Positions 18,861 through 27,959 of a stretch of DNA of 32,000 nucleotides are shown one piece after another. This DNA comes from Prevotella phage Lak-C1: sequence record MK250029.1; one strand, 5' to 3'. A model generated the notes under the pieces. It was not told the origin of the DNA. It worked only from the letters and a program-made list of their open reading frames with translations, and did no database searches. The position numbers were made by a program, and so were the translations under genes. Position 1 is the first letter of the stretch; each line of letters opens with the position of its first letter.

Positions 18861-19322
18861 ATGAATAAAGTAGAGATACAACAATATTTAAATAAAGTCA
18901 ATTCTTATATTGATTATAAAGTTGGTGATTGGGTAGAAACATGTAATATGTTACCTGGTATTGTTCAAGAAATTAATAATTATTATGATAGTAGAAAATT
19001 AATGCAATGTTTTGTCGATGATGTTGTAATTTTCTATCCTCATGAAACTATTAATAATGACAATTATCACGGAGGTACATGTTGTTCAATACTGAATTGC
19101 GGTGTTCATAAAATTTCTCAAGAATATGCAAAAATTTTATTTGCAATTGGAAGAGAAACATTAGTAAAATTGTGGAGTACTACTTATTTAAAAAGTGATA
19201 ATACAAAGCAATGGTCTGATATTGTTATTGAACATTATAACAATAATATTGAAAAATATAAAAATAACGGAGTTGAATTATTTAATATAGGTGAAGAATA
19301 TTCACGTAAAATTAAAAAATAA
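18861..19322 (+). CDS. Hypothetical protein
   Basis: 153-aa ORF. Confidence 0.6.
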   Translation: MNKVEIQQYLNKVNSYIDYKVGDWVETCNMLPGIVQEINNYYDSRKLMQCFVDDVVIFYPHETINNDNYHGGTCCSILNCGVHKISQEYAKILFAIGRETLVKLWSTTYLKSDNTKQWSDIVIEHYNNNIEKYKNNGVELFNIGEEYSRKIKK

Positions 19323-19325
19323 ATT

Positions 19326-19745
19326 ATGGATATTAAATCAAATAAAGCAGGATTATATTTTGAAAATGCATATGGTATATGTGAAACTAGAACATATTAT
19401 CCAGAGAATTATGATCCTGAAAAAGATACGAATTTCATGAGAGATTTATCATATGATAAATCTTGGAAGGATAATCAACCAGAACAAGTATTTTGGAATG
19501 AAAATTTCATGAAAAGTACTGATATTTTTAAAACATTTACATTCTATTATGCGGAATTTAATCATCCTACTCTAGAACCAGCTATATATGGAGCAAGTAC
19601 AAATCGAGGATTTATGTGGAAATTTGGTTCTGAGAAAGATCTAAAATGTTCTATGCGTAGATCACTTGGATCTATTTATAAAACAATGTTGAAAGATGGT
19701 TATATTAAAATCAAAATTGGTCACGAATCTTATACAGGAGAATAA
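19326..19745 (+). CDS. Hypothetical protein
   Basis: 139-aa ORF. Confidence 0.6.
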   Translation: MDIKSNKAGLYFENAYGICETRTYYPENYDPEKDTNFMRDLSYDKSWKDNQPEQVFWNENFMKSTDIFKTFTFYYAEFNHPTLEPAIYGASTNRGFMWKFGSEKDLKCSMRRSLGSIYKTMLKDGYIKIKIGHESYTGE

Positions 19746-19748
19746 ATT

Positions 19749-20144
19749 ATGAATTATAAAATTAAACATAAATATACAGGATTATATTATCAACCGACAA
19801 CAGCATCAGGTTCAAACATGGGTAAAAAAGGAAAGGTTTATACATCTGAGAATAACTCATGTTTAACTGGTTCTTATGATACTATATGTGTTACAATTAA
19901 GAAAAAATCACCTATATATAAGAATTATTACGAGATGTTATCAGAACATTATCATGATACATCTAGCCGTCCAGAACGTTATGCATGTTTTTCTATTCCA
20001 AAAGATGATTTTGAAAAAGAATATGTAGAGGTTGATATTGATTTATTAACAAATATCATTAACAGTAAAAAAGAACAATATTGCGATAATGATATTGTAA
20101 AGACATGTTTAGATGAAATTTTAAAATTAGTTAAAAATAACTGA
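19749..20144 (+). CDS. Hypothetical protein
   Basis: 131-aa ORF. Confidence 0.6.
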   Translation: MNYKIKHKYTGLYYQPTTASGSNMGKKGKVYTSENNSCLTGSYDTICVTIKKKSPIYKNYYEMLSEHYHDTSSRPERYACFSIPKDDFEKEYVEVDIDLLTNIINSKKEQYCDNDIVKTCLDEILKLVKNN

Positions 20145-20154
20145 TTAATTTATT

Positions 20155-20325
20155 ATGGATAATACACAAAAACATTTTACTGATGAAGAAGAACAATTAT
20201 ATTCTGAAGTAGAAACATCTATGATGAATTACCTTTCTGAAAAAGAATTAAAACAAATAGATGATTATGAATATAAGTTGTTATCAATGATGGCAGATGA
20301 AAGTTTAGAAGATAATTATTATTGA
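20155..20325 (+). CDS. Hypothetical small acidic protein (not in supplied ORF track)
   Basis: ATG GAT AAT ACA CAA AAA CAT TTT ACT ... TAT TGA, 56 aa, tightly spaced after the previous gene and immediately before a terminator. Confidence 0.5.
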   Translation: MDNTQKHFTDEEEQLYSEVETSMMNYLSEKELKQIDDYEYKLLSMMADESLEDNYY

Positions 20326-20329
20326 AAAT

Positions 20330-20363
20330 AATGGTGAATAACTAACAAAAGTTATTCACCATT
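20330..20363 (+). terminator. Stem-loop between convergent genes
   Basis: AATGGTGAATAACT / AGTTATTCACCATT perfect 14-bp stem, 6-nt loop, followed by TTCTTTTTATT. Confidence 0.85.
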
Positions 20364-20368
20364 TCTTT

Positions 20369-22477
20369 TTATTCATATGTTTTAATTTTAATACCTAATT
20401 TATTTGCTTTCTTCATTTTACTTGATGTTGAATTTAAATCATCAGTAAATAATATTTTACATTCGGACCATACTGTAGTTTCTTCATATTCTGGATGTAT
20501 ATTTAAGAAATCTTTTTTTGTTGAAAAACCGAATGCTTTTGGAGATCCAGTCATAATAATCTTTATTTTTTCGTTATTATTCTTACTGTTTTCTTTTGTT
20601 GATATATCGATATTAAGTAAATTAACAATATTCATAACCAGATTATATTCTTCACTGTTTTTATCTAATGCCCAATTATAAGATACTGAACTGAAACTTG
20701 ATGTCGAATATTCCTCATTTCTTATAATCTTCGCACATAATGCAGATGCTCTATGTCCACATGTCTTAAAACAAAAACTTAATATAATATCTTCCAATGT
20801 AAGATGATTCCTATATTCTCTTAAATTATTAACAATATTTGTATATGTTTTTGTTTCACCAAATGTTTTTGTAATAAGATCTAAATTATTATCAGACATT
20901 AAATAAACAATATTAGTTAAATCTTTAATGTCATTATGTAACCCATCCCATAATGTATTTGCAGCAGCTGGACCTATAGTATTAATATTTAATGCAGTAG
21001 CAGAAGCTAAAAACTTATTTTTATTAAATTCATTATGTGATTTAAAAATCTTCATAAGATGCATATTACCAGAAGTTTCTGTTATTACTTCAGAATCATT
21101 TGGTAAATTAATATTATCAATACCTGATGGTTTAACAATTTCATATACAAAAGGAATTATATCACCTGCTAATGAAATTCTTACTTCTGAACCAATACCA
21201 CATTTATTCTTAATGATATAATTATAATTATGTAAAGAAGCTTTCTTTAGTTCTTTTCCATCAAGGTAAATTGGCTCAATTATAGCTTTAGGAAAATATT
21301 CTCCTGTTTTTTTTACATTCCATTCAATATCAATAATATGTGTTGAATTTATCATTGGAATAAATTTCATGGCAACACAATCTACTGGTCGTGCTCTATC
21401 TTCATTATATAATCTATTTGAACAAGACGGTTTAAATACAATACCATCCAATGCATATACAGATTCATTATTTCTGAATTTATTATATTCATCATATATA
21501 TCTGATAACATTTTACCGGTTATTCTGTTTGAATATGAATGTAACTGACAATATTTTGTTTCTGGTAATTCTCCAATATAACCGATATAATTACTTAATA
21601 TTTTATATGTAGGATCATTTTTATTAATCCATGATAATTCTGTATACTTTTTAGATACAGTATTATATATTCTATAATCATAACATACAAAATGTAAATC
21701 ATTATGTAGAATAAGATTTGGATGTATATCTGAAAGTTTTCTACCTAATAACCCTGCAACATAAGAACGAGGATTAGTAAATTCATCTGCATATTTTTCA
21801 TTGAAATCTTTAACAGGTACAAGAACTTCTCCTCTGATACATAAAATATCATTTGGTGTAAGAATATCTTGACAGCATTCCTTAATCTTTGTCCATTCCT
21901 TTAAAATCTTTGGTTTAATCCAATGACTAATATCAGTACCATAATTACCATCACCGCGTGTTGCACATGATATAAATTTGTAATTATGATTTTCATCTAC
22001 TGTAAATTCAGCATTAAATGAACAACCATCTAATTTTGGTGTCGTTTCAAAATATTTAGTGTTTGACGATTTATCTATATATTTAGATATTTCATCCGCA
22101 AAATAATTCATATCAACATTACCTGTTTCTTTATCTTGCTTAATCTGAACTTTTGATAAAGAACCCATAATGAAACTATGTTTGATAGTATAATTTGCAT
22201 GTTTAGCTGTACTTTTACTACCTACATAATTATTATTTTCTAATCCTATATATGTTTCAAGAGCATCAAATTTATAATCATCAATAATTTCTTTTTGGGT
22301 ATTATAATATGCATCTTTACATATATTCAATAAATCAGTAATCTCATCATTATTTAATATAGATTTAATTTCATCTACATTATATTTTGATAGTTCATTA
22401 CGTAATGACATTATTTTATCATCTGTATAATTATTTTGTTTAATATCAAAGATTAAACTCTTAATAGTACTTATCAT
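20369..22477 (-). CDS. ligA: NAD-dependent DNA ligase
   Basis: TTPKLDGCSFNAEF (KxDG nucleotidyl-transfer motif), CATRGDGNYGTDIS, ILCIRGEVLVP, YALDGIVFK, C-terminal BRCT-like IKIIMTGSPKAFGF. No in-frame TAG. Confidence 0.92.
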   Translation of the reverse strand: MISTIKSLIFDIKQNNYTDDKIMSLRNELSKYNVDEIKSILNNDEITDLLNICKDAYYNTQKEIIDDYKFDALETYIGLENNNYVGSKSTAKHANYTIKHSFIMGSLSKVQIKQDKETGNVDMNYFADEISKYIDKSSNTKYFETTPKLDGCSFNAEFTVDENHNYKFISCATRGDGNYGTDISHWIKPKILKEWTKIKECCQDILTPNDILCIRGEVLVPVKDFNEKYADEFTNPRSYVAGLLGRKLSDIHPNLILHNDLHFVCYDYRIYNTVSKKYTELSWINKNDPTYKILSNYIGYIGELPETKYCQLHSYSNRITGKMLSDIYDEYNKFRNNESVYALDGIVFKPSCSNRLYNEDRARPVDCVAMKFIPMINSTHIIDIEWNVKKTGEYFPKAIIEPIYLDGKELKKASLHNYNYIIKNKCGIGSEVRISLAGDIIPFVYEIVKPSGIDNINLPNDSEVITETSGNMHLMKIFKSHNEFNKNKFLASATALNINTIGPAAANTLWDGLHNDIKDLTNIVYLMSDNNLDLITKTFGETKTYTNIVNNLREYRNHLTLEDIILSFCFKTCGHRASALCAKIIRNEEYSTSSFSSVSYNWALDKNSEEYNLVMNIVNLLNIDISTKENSKNNNEKIKIIMTGSPKAFGFSTKKDFLNIHPEYEETTVWSECKILFTDDLNSTSSKMKKANKLGIKIKTYE

Positions 22478-22566
22478 ATATTATAATTTTGTTTAATTAC
22501 TCATATATTTTATTGTATTATGAATAAAAAGTTTATGATATATTTTTTTATTAGGAAATAAATGTG

Positions 22567-22574
22567 TATCTTTG
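22567..22574 (+). promoter_or_regulatory. Candidate Bacteroidetes-type -7 element TATCTTTG
   Basis: aatgtgTATCTTTGtaatgtaaat in a divergent intergenic region, 47 nt before the ATG at 22622. Confidence 0.55.
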
Positions 22575-22621
22575 TAATGTAAATAATAAACAAGAAGTTA
22601 AACATTTAAAAATATATAATT

Positions 22622-23023
22622 ATGTTATCATATACAGATTTATCATCAGAAGAGTTCCTTTCAAAGGGTATTAAGAAGTCTTATCAAGCTATGTTGATTC
22701 CAGAAATTCAGCAGATGATTAAGACTATTGATGAATTGCGTGAAACAATTCAGAAGATGCCTCAGAAGGAAGAAGAACTTCAGCATGAAATTGAGGTTCG
22801 AGATGCACAGCTTAATACACCAGAACATGAAGTTGCACTTGCAATTAAGAAGATGATGCAATCAACCGTAGAGACTGTTGTTGATACAAAGACACCATCT
22901 ATTGTTCGTGAACAAGTTTCTAAGCATATGGAAGTATCTGTTGAAACAGAAGCAGAATATGACCCATATTCTGGATGTCGTGATCCATATTACACATCAA
23001 CTGCAGAAGTTTCATGGAAGTAA
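22622..23023 (+). CDS. Hypothetical helical/coiled-coil protein
   Basis: 133-aa ORF, MLSYTDLSSEEFLSKGIKKSYQAMLIPEIQQMIKTIDELRETIQ..., ending in TAA. Confidence 0.7.
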   Translation: MLSYTDLSSEEFLSKGIKKSYQAMLIPEIQQMIKTIDELRETIQKMPQKEEELQHEIEVRDAQLNTPEHEVALAIKKMMQSTVETVVDTKTPSIVREQVSKHMEVSVETEAEYDPYSGCRDPYYTSTAEVSWK

Positions 23024-23041
23024 TTTAAACTAAATAACATT

Positions 23042-23078
23042 AAAGAGTTGAATATAAACAAACTTTATTCAACTCTTT
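23042..23078 (+). terminator. Stem-loop terminator
   Basis: AAAGAGTTGAATA / TATTCAACTCTTT. Confidence 0.75.
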
Positions 23079-23111
23079 TCTTATAATAATATAAGAATTA
23101 TAGGAAAAATT

Positions 23112-23741
23112 ATGAAAGTTTATATAGACGTATATTATTATACAGATAAAGATACAGATAAAGAATATGCCCGCACAGTTGCAGGTATATTTGAAACATA
23201 TGATGATATAACATTTAAAGATATTGTTATTACACGTACAGATAATATAGCATTATACGAGCCAGGTAATTTTTATAAAAGAGAATTACCTTGTATTGTA
23301 GATGTATTAAAAGAATGTTGGAAACGAGGATATATTCTTGATACTATAATTATCGATGGTTATTGTCATATGTGTGAAGATGATGGTGTAACATATCATA
23401 AAGGTTTAGGTGTAAGACTTAAAGATTATTTACATGATAATTCATTACCATGTGTTAATAGTCTTATCATAGGAATTGCAAAGCATCCATACAAATATCT
23501 TTATGATAATACATTTTTTGAATATGATGGTAAGTTAATTAAATATAGTGAATTTAATAAAGAAAATAAGTTACCAAAGAAAGCAATGTATATTACTTTC
23601 TGTAATGTGATTGACGAGCTTCAAGAAAAAACTATTGTTGATAAAATATACAATATGAAGCGAGTTCAGAAAGACAGTAAATTTAGTTTATTATTTTCAC
23701 TTATTGATCAAGAAACAAAACGATTTAAATATGATAATTAA
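23112..23741 (+). CDS. Endonuclease V-like protein
   Basis: VYIDVYYY...YARTVAG...YEPGNFYKRELPCIVDVLKECWKRGYILDTIIIDGYCHMCEDDGVTYHKGLGVRLKDYL...SLIIGIAKHPY matches the order of EndoV motifs (DhxY, PGxhxxREhP, hhhDGxG, GhAK). Confidence 0.65.
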   Translation: MKVYIDVYYYTDKDTDKEYARTVAGIFETYDDITFKDIVITRTDNIALYEPGNFYKRELPCIVDVLKECWKRGYILDTIIIDGYCHMCEDDGVTYHKGLGVRLKDYLHDNSLPCVNSLIIGIAKHPYKYLYDNTFFEYDGKLIKYSEFNKENKLPKKAMYITFCNVIDELQEKTIVDKIYNMKRVQKDSKFSLLFSLIDQETKRFKYDN

Positions 23742-24195
23742 TCTTAATTCATTTATATATGCAGGGTTTTTTGTCTCAGATGAAGATAAAGAAAAACTTG
23801 AAATTGCATTTTGCGAAAATGTAGATAATGGTGCAAAATATCTTCAAGACTGGAAGAAATATATTGACCATTGTACAATGATATTTAATGATGGTAATTT
23901 TGATGATGCAAAATCAGAAAACATTATTAATTATTTAAAGGATACACCACCTGATACTCATATGTATTTAACAGTTGATGGTATAGGCAGATATGAAAAT
24001 GTTTTTGCATTTCGTATTAAGAAAACTGAAGTTGTATCAATGTTAATTAAAAATAAGCAGCCACATATTACATGTGTATTAGATCCAACTACAAATAAAC
24101 CAGTTGATAGTAATAAAATTTCAAAATGGGTTGATATTAAACCTATTAAGATTGATACAATATGTAAAGTAATTAATAAACATAAAAGAAAATGA
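23731..24195 (+). CDS. Candidate 2H phosphoesterase-like protein
   Basis: MIINLNSFIYAGFFVSDEDKEKLEIAF...DHCTMIFNDGNF...YLTVDGIGRYENVFAFRIKK...KQPHITCVLDPTTNKPV: two HxT-hydrophobic motifs (HCTMIF, HITCVL) separated by a beta-rich core. Confidence 0.5.
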   Translation: MIINLNSFIYAGFFVSDEDKEKLEIAFCENVDNGAKYLQDWKKYIDHCTMIFNDGNFDDAKSENIINYLKDTPPDTHMYLTVDGIGRYENVFAFRIKKTEVVSMLIKNKQPHITCVLDPTTNKPVDSNKISKWVDIKPIKIDTICKVINKHKRK

Positions 24196-24974
24196 ATGAT
24201 TTAATTTCAACTTATTTAAATAATGGTGGATTTTTATCATATTTTGAATTTGATGAAGATGATAATACAAGATTAAATAAAGATCTTGCTGCATCGCTTA
24301 ATTCGTATTTAACAAATATGTTCTCGGGACCATCAGATAATGATATGATAACATATATCAGAAATTCACATTTTAGTTTCGTTCCTGTTGATAATGATAT
24401 TGAAAAAGAAATGTCATCATTATCTGAACATTTTGCAAAGCCAAAATTTGTGCATATAGCAATTGATGGAAAGAAATTAAATGACAATATTTATTATTGT
24501 AAAGGTGCAGCAGGATTATCTGAATTGTATTATAGTATTAAGGAGTATAATAAAGAAATCCTTTTTGATTTTTTTACACGTTTTGAAATATCACATTATA
24601 CAAAAGAAGAAGCAGATAAGTATAATGAAGATTATGTAAAATATAATTATAAAGGAGATAAACGAAAAGTTGGTCAAAAATACTTAAAGGAAACAGATGT
24701 TATTATTAATCTACGAACAGGAGAAGAAGTTAATATTGAAATACCAAAATGGAGTCGTGGATACATTGTATATGGAAAGTATTATAAACCAATAGATAAG
24801 TATGAATTATATTCATTAGAAACATGCGAAAAAATATTTGAATATGGATATGCATCACCTATTGAAACAAAAGAGCATGTAATATTTCCATCGAAAGATA
24901 ATTCTGCATATTCATCAAAAGGTAAAGCAATCTTGTTAAATAAAGAAACAGGTAATATTTCTTATATTGATTAA
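24192..24974 (+). CDS. Hypothetical protein
   Basis: 260-aa ORF, 4-nt overlap with upstream gene. Confidence 0.65.
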   Translation: MNDLISTYLNNGGFLSYFEFDEDDNTRLNKDLAASLNSYLTNMFSGPSDNDMITYIRNSHFSFVPVDNDIEKEMSSLSEHFAKPKFVHIAIDGKKLNDNIYYCKGAAGLSELYYSIKEYNKEILFDFFTRFEISHYTKEEADKYNEDYVKYNYKGDKRKVGQKYLKETDVIINLRTGEEVNIEIPKWSRGYIVYGKYYKPIDKYELYSLETCEKIFEYGYASPIETKEHVIFPSKDNSAYSSKGKAILLNKETGNISYID

Positions 24975-24986
24975 TTTTATTTTATT

Positions 24987-25472
24987 ATGTTAGTATATCA
25001 TGGTAGTTCAAAGAAAATCAATTGTATTGATATTGATGAATGTCATTTAGGATGGCATTGTGGAAATCTATGTCAAGCAATTGATATAGCAGATCCAAAG
25101 AGAAAAAGTAATAAATTTCTTTGGGACGATTCATATTTATATGTAAGTGATATAAATCCAAATGGACAAAATACTTTATATTTAAAAGATATATTTAGAT
25201 ATTATGATAATTTTTTACATGATATAATTATTGAAATTAAATCTAAATTAAAAGAACAATTTCCTGATATATTATATGATAATATAGATAATTGTGAGAA
25301 TAATGAGGAATTACGAGAATTTCTTTTAAAAAACAATATTAAATACATTGAATATGATAATGTTGTTGAAACAGAAGGAACATCTTTTGTTATATTAGAT
25401 GAATCTGAATTAAATAATATTGAAGAATATACATTTTATGAGTTTTTAACTATGCATTATGATAAAATTTAG
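24987..25472 (+). CDS. Candidate ART (ADP-ribosyltransferase)-like/DUF3990-like protein
   Basis: MLVYHGSSKKINCIDIDECHLGWHCGNLCQAIDIA...KNNIKYIEYDNVVETEGTSFVILDESELNNIEEY: YHGS...hHxG...QA start and TSFVILDESEL end, as in ART-fold phage proteins. Confidence 0.45.
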   Translation: MLVYHGSSKKINCIDIDECHLGWHCGNLCQAIDIADPKRKSNKFLWDDSYLYVSDINPNGQNTLYLKDIFRYYDNFLHDIIIEIKSKLKEQFPDILYDNIDNCENNEELREFLLKNNIKYIEYDNVVETEGTSFVILDESELNNIEEYTFYEFLTMHYDKI

Positions 25473-25494
25473 AAATAATAATAAACATTTCTTT

Positions 25495-25710
25495 ATGACT
25501 AGCTATAAATCTGTTATATGTATTGAAGATATTACACATGTTGTAAGAGTAACTAATGAATGGGATGGTCATACATATTGGGCAGGTTATTATGCATATA
25601 TCAGAAATTCCAAAGGTGATAACTATTTTAGAGATCCTACAAGACTTAGACTAGAAGAAGATGATTATAAAAAATTAAGAAAATATTTACCAATAATTAA
25701 TAATATATGA
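25495..25710 (+). CDS. Hypothetical small protein
   Basis: MTSYKSVICIEDITHVVRVTNEWDGHTYWAGYYAYIRN...; start chosen downstream of the track start at 25459. Confidence 0.55.
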   Translation: MTSYKSVICIEDITHVVRVTNEWDGHTYWAGYYAYIRNSKGDNYFRDPTRLRLEEDDYKKLRKYLPIINNI

Positions 25711-26381
25711 TTAAATTTTATGTAGATAAGAAAGGTATTTCCATTGATGCAAATAGCATTAAGGAATTCCAAGAAAATGTAATGACTACAAAGGAAATTG
25801 TAGATCGTATTAAGCAGTTTTATAAGAAATCTGAACATATTTTCTCTAATGAAACTGCAAAAATGTTGACATCATTTTTCAATGATCCATCAAGACGTTT
25901 TTTGAGTACAACTGAAGCAACATTTGATACATTGAATTATGGTTATGGTGTTGCAGATAATGAGCTTCATAAGATTATTATGTGGCAAGATGAATCTGGT
26001 TTGCATAATTTTGCAATGTATGTTAAGAATACAGGTTCATTAGGTGGAAAGATTGTTAAAATCTGGGTTGAACCTGATGATATTTTCTGTAAGAATCAGA
26101 TAGAAGCTGCACTTTATCTTGCAGAACTTAAGAAGAAAGAATCAAAGAATGATAGTAAGACAGATAATACAGAAGATTGTTATTTTTATAAAGTAAAACT
26201 TACTGAATTCGATGATAAACTTGAAGGTATTGAAAAGCAGATGAAATGTTGTAAAGATGAGATGACAGAAATCTCTAAGCGATATATAGAACTATGTCGT
26301 ATTCTTTATAACTTGAAAAAAGATAAAATAAAAGTGAATAAAGATAAGACTTTATTCATTTATAAGAATAAGAATATCTAA
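25707..26381 (+). CDS. Hypothetical protein with C-terminal coiled-coil
   Basis: 224-aa ORF. Confidence 0.65.
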   Translation: MIKFYVDKKGISIDANSIKEFQENVMTTKEIVDRIKQFYKKSEHIFSNETAKMLTSFFNDPSRRFLSTTEATFDTLNYGYGVADNELHKIIMWQDESGLHNFAMYVKNTGSLGGKIVKIWVEPDDIFCKNQIEAALYLAELKKKESKNDSKTDNTEDCYFYKVKLTEFDDKLEGIEKQMKCCKDEMTEISKRYIELCRILYNLKKDKIKVNKDKTLFIYKNKNI

Positions 26382-26400
26382 AATAAAAAATAACAGGGAT

Positions 26401-27324
26401 ATGATACAGTATTTGAAATGTGATAATGGGTTTAAAGAAACAGAACAATATGATTCTAGTTGTTGGATTAATGTAGTAAATCCAACAAAGGATGATATAA
26501 ATGAACTCGTTTCACATTTCAATACACCTGATTATTTTTATGAAGATATTTCCGATATTGATGAAAGACCTAGATTTGATAGAGATGATGGTTGGATATT
26601 AACAATTATTCGTGTTCCTAATAGAGTAAGAACAGAAGAAAATCAAGATCCTATATATACAACTATACCATTAGGTATGATGTTAAAAGATAATATACTT
26701 GTAACTGTATATTATGGACAAAATAATGTTATATCTAATTTTATTAACTGGTCAAATCAGAAAAAAATTAATAGAACAGGTTATGATCTTTACATAAGTA
26801 TTTTTCTTGAATCGAATTTTTGGTATCTTAAATATTTAAAGCAGATTCATTTACAAATGAAAAAAGCAGAATCATCTCTTAGTGATAAGATGAATAAAAG
26901 TGAATTGATGCATATAATGAATATAGAAAAATTCTTAGTTTATTTTACTGCATCACTTAAAGATAATGAATCTGTATTAACAAGAGCAAAAAGATTTATT
27001 CCTTCTAAATCATATGATGAAGATCTTATGGATGATGTTGAAGTAGAATTAAGTCAGGCATTACATACATCTCAAATATATAGTGATATTCTAGAACGTG
27101 AACAATCTTCATATTCATCTATTATTAATAATAGTTTGAACCAGACTATGAAGAAAATGACAATTATAACTATATGTTTAATGGTTGCGGCACTTGTTCC
27201 AGGTTTTTATGGAATGAATCTAACAAATGGTATGGAAGATTGGATTTATGGATTTCCTTTCGCATTATGTTTAACTGGTGTATGTGCAGGTATAGCATAT
27301 TATTTGTGTAAACTTTTTAAATAA
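26401..27324 (+). CDS. corA: CorA-like divalent cation transporter
   Basis: C-terminal MTIITICLMVAALVPGFYGMNLTNGMEDWIYGFPFALCLTGVCAGIAYYLCKLFK with the GMN motif between two TM helices. Confidence 0.9.
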   Translation: MIQYLKCDNGFKETEQYDSSCWINVVNPTKDDINELVSHFNTPDYFYEDISDIDERPRFDRDDGWILTIIRVPNRVRTEENQDPIYTTIPLGMMLKDNILVTVYYGQNNVISNFINWSNQKKINRTGYDLYISIFLESNFWYLKYLKQIHLQMKKAESSLSDKMNKSELMHIMNIEKFLVYFTASLKDNESVLTRAKRFIPSKSYDEDLMDDVEVELSQALHTSQIYSDILEREQSSYSSIINNSLNQTMKKMTIITICLMVAALVPGFYGMNLTNGMEDWIYGFPFALCLTGVCAGIAYYLCKLFK

Positions 27325-27334
27325 TAATTAAACA

Positions 27335-27520
27335 ATGTCTATACGATTTAAAAATACAAATGGTGGAACACCAACAAAGGAGGAGATAAAATTACATATA
27401 ATTGAAAATCTCATTGAAAAACGTTTCTGTAACTATGATAATTCAGAATTAAGAAATGCTATGGTTGATGGAACTTTTAAGAAAATATACAATGAGATTA
27501 TAGATAGAGTTTTTAATTAA
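27335..27520 (+). CDS. Small hypothetical protein, paralog of next
   Basis: TKEEIKLHIIENLIEKRF...LRNAMVDGTFKKIYNEIIDRVF. Confidence 0.55.
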   Translation: MSIRFKNTNGGTPTKEEIKLHIIENLIEKRFCNYDNSELRNAMVDGTFKKIYNEIIDRVFN

Positions 27521-27535
27521 ATTTTAAATATAGAG

Positions 27536-27736
27536 ATGATAAAATTTAAAGAACAAAAACAGACAAATTCTTATGTAAATAATATAACAAATGAAGAGAT
27601 TAATCTGAAGATTCATGAAATGTTACTAGATTTTTATAAAGGACGTGATATGTATATATCTGATATGTGGGAATCAATACAAAAAGGAACTTATAAAAGG
27701 ATATTTACATACATTAAAGAACATATTCATGATTAA
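27536..27736 (+). CDS. Small hypothetical protein, paralog of previous
   Basis: TNEEINLKIHEMLLDFYKG...MWESIQKGTYKRIFTYIKEHIH. Confidence 0.55.
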   Translation: MIKFKEQKQTNSYVNNITNEEINLKIHEMLLDFYKGRDMYISDMWESIQKGTYKRIFTYIKEHIHD

Positions 27737-27760
27737 TAAATAAAATAAAATTTTAAAAAT

Positions 27761-27934
27761 ATGCTAATAGGTTCATGTGTTTTATCAATGATTATTTGTA
27801 TGATTCTTTGCTATTATATTGCAAAGGCAAATAATCGAGGAACAACTACTGCTGCTGTTTGCGGACTTTTGTTTTCATATATTGCAGTAATTGTTTATAT
27901 TATTATTGGTCGTAAAGTTAAAGTAAATTATTAA
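27761..27934 (+). CDS. Small two-TM membrane protein (not in supplied ORF track)
   Basis: MLIGSCVLSMIICMILCYYIAKANNRGTTTAAVCGLLFSYIAVIVYIIIGRKVKVNY, TAA stop. Confidence 0.6.
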   Translation: MLIGSCVLSMIICMILCYYIAKANNRGTTTAAVCGLLFSYIAVIVYIIIGRKVKVNY

Positions 27935-27959
27935 TTAATTTTAAATAATTAAAGAAAAA

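Noticed and set aside
20928-21221. Plus-strand ORF inside ligA
   Set aside because: Antisense to a clear NAD-dependent ligase; no independent support.
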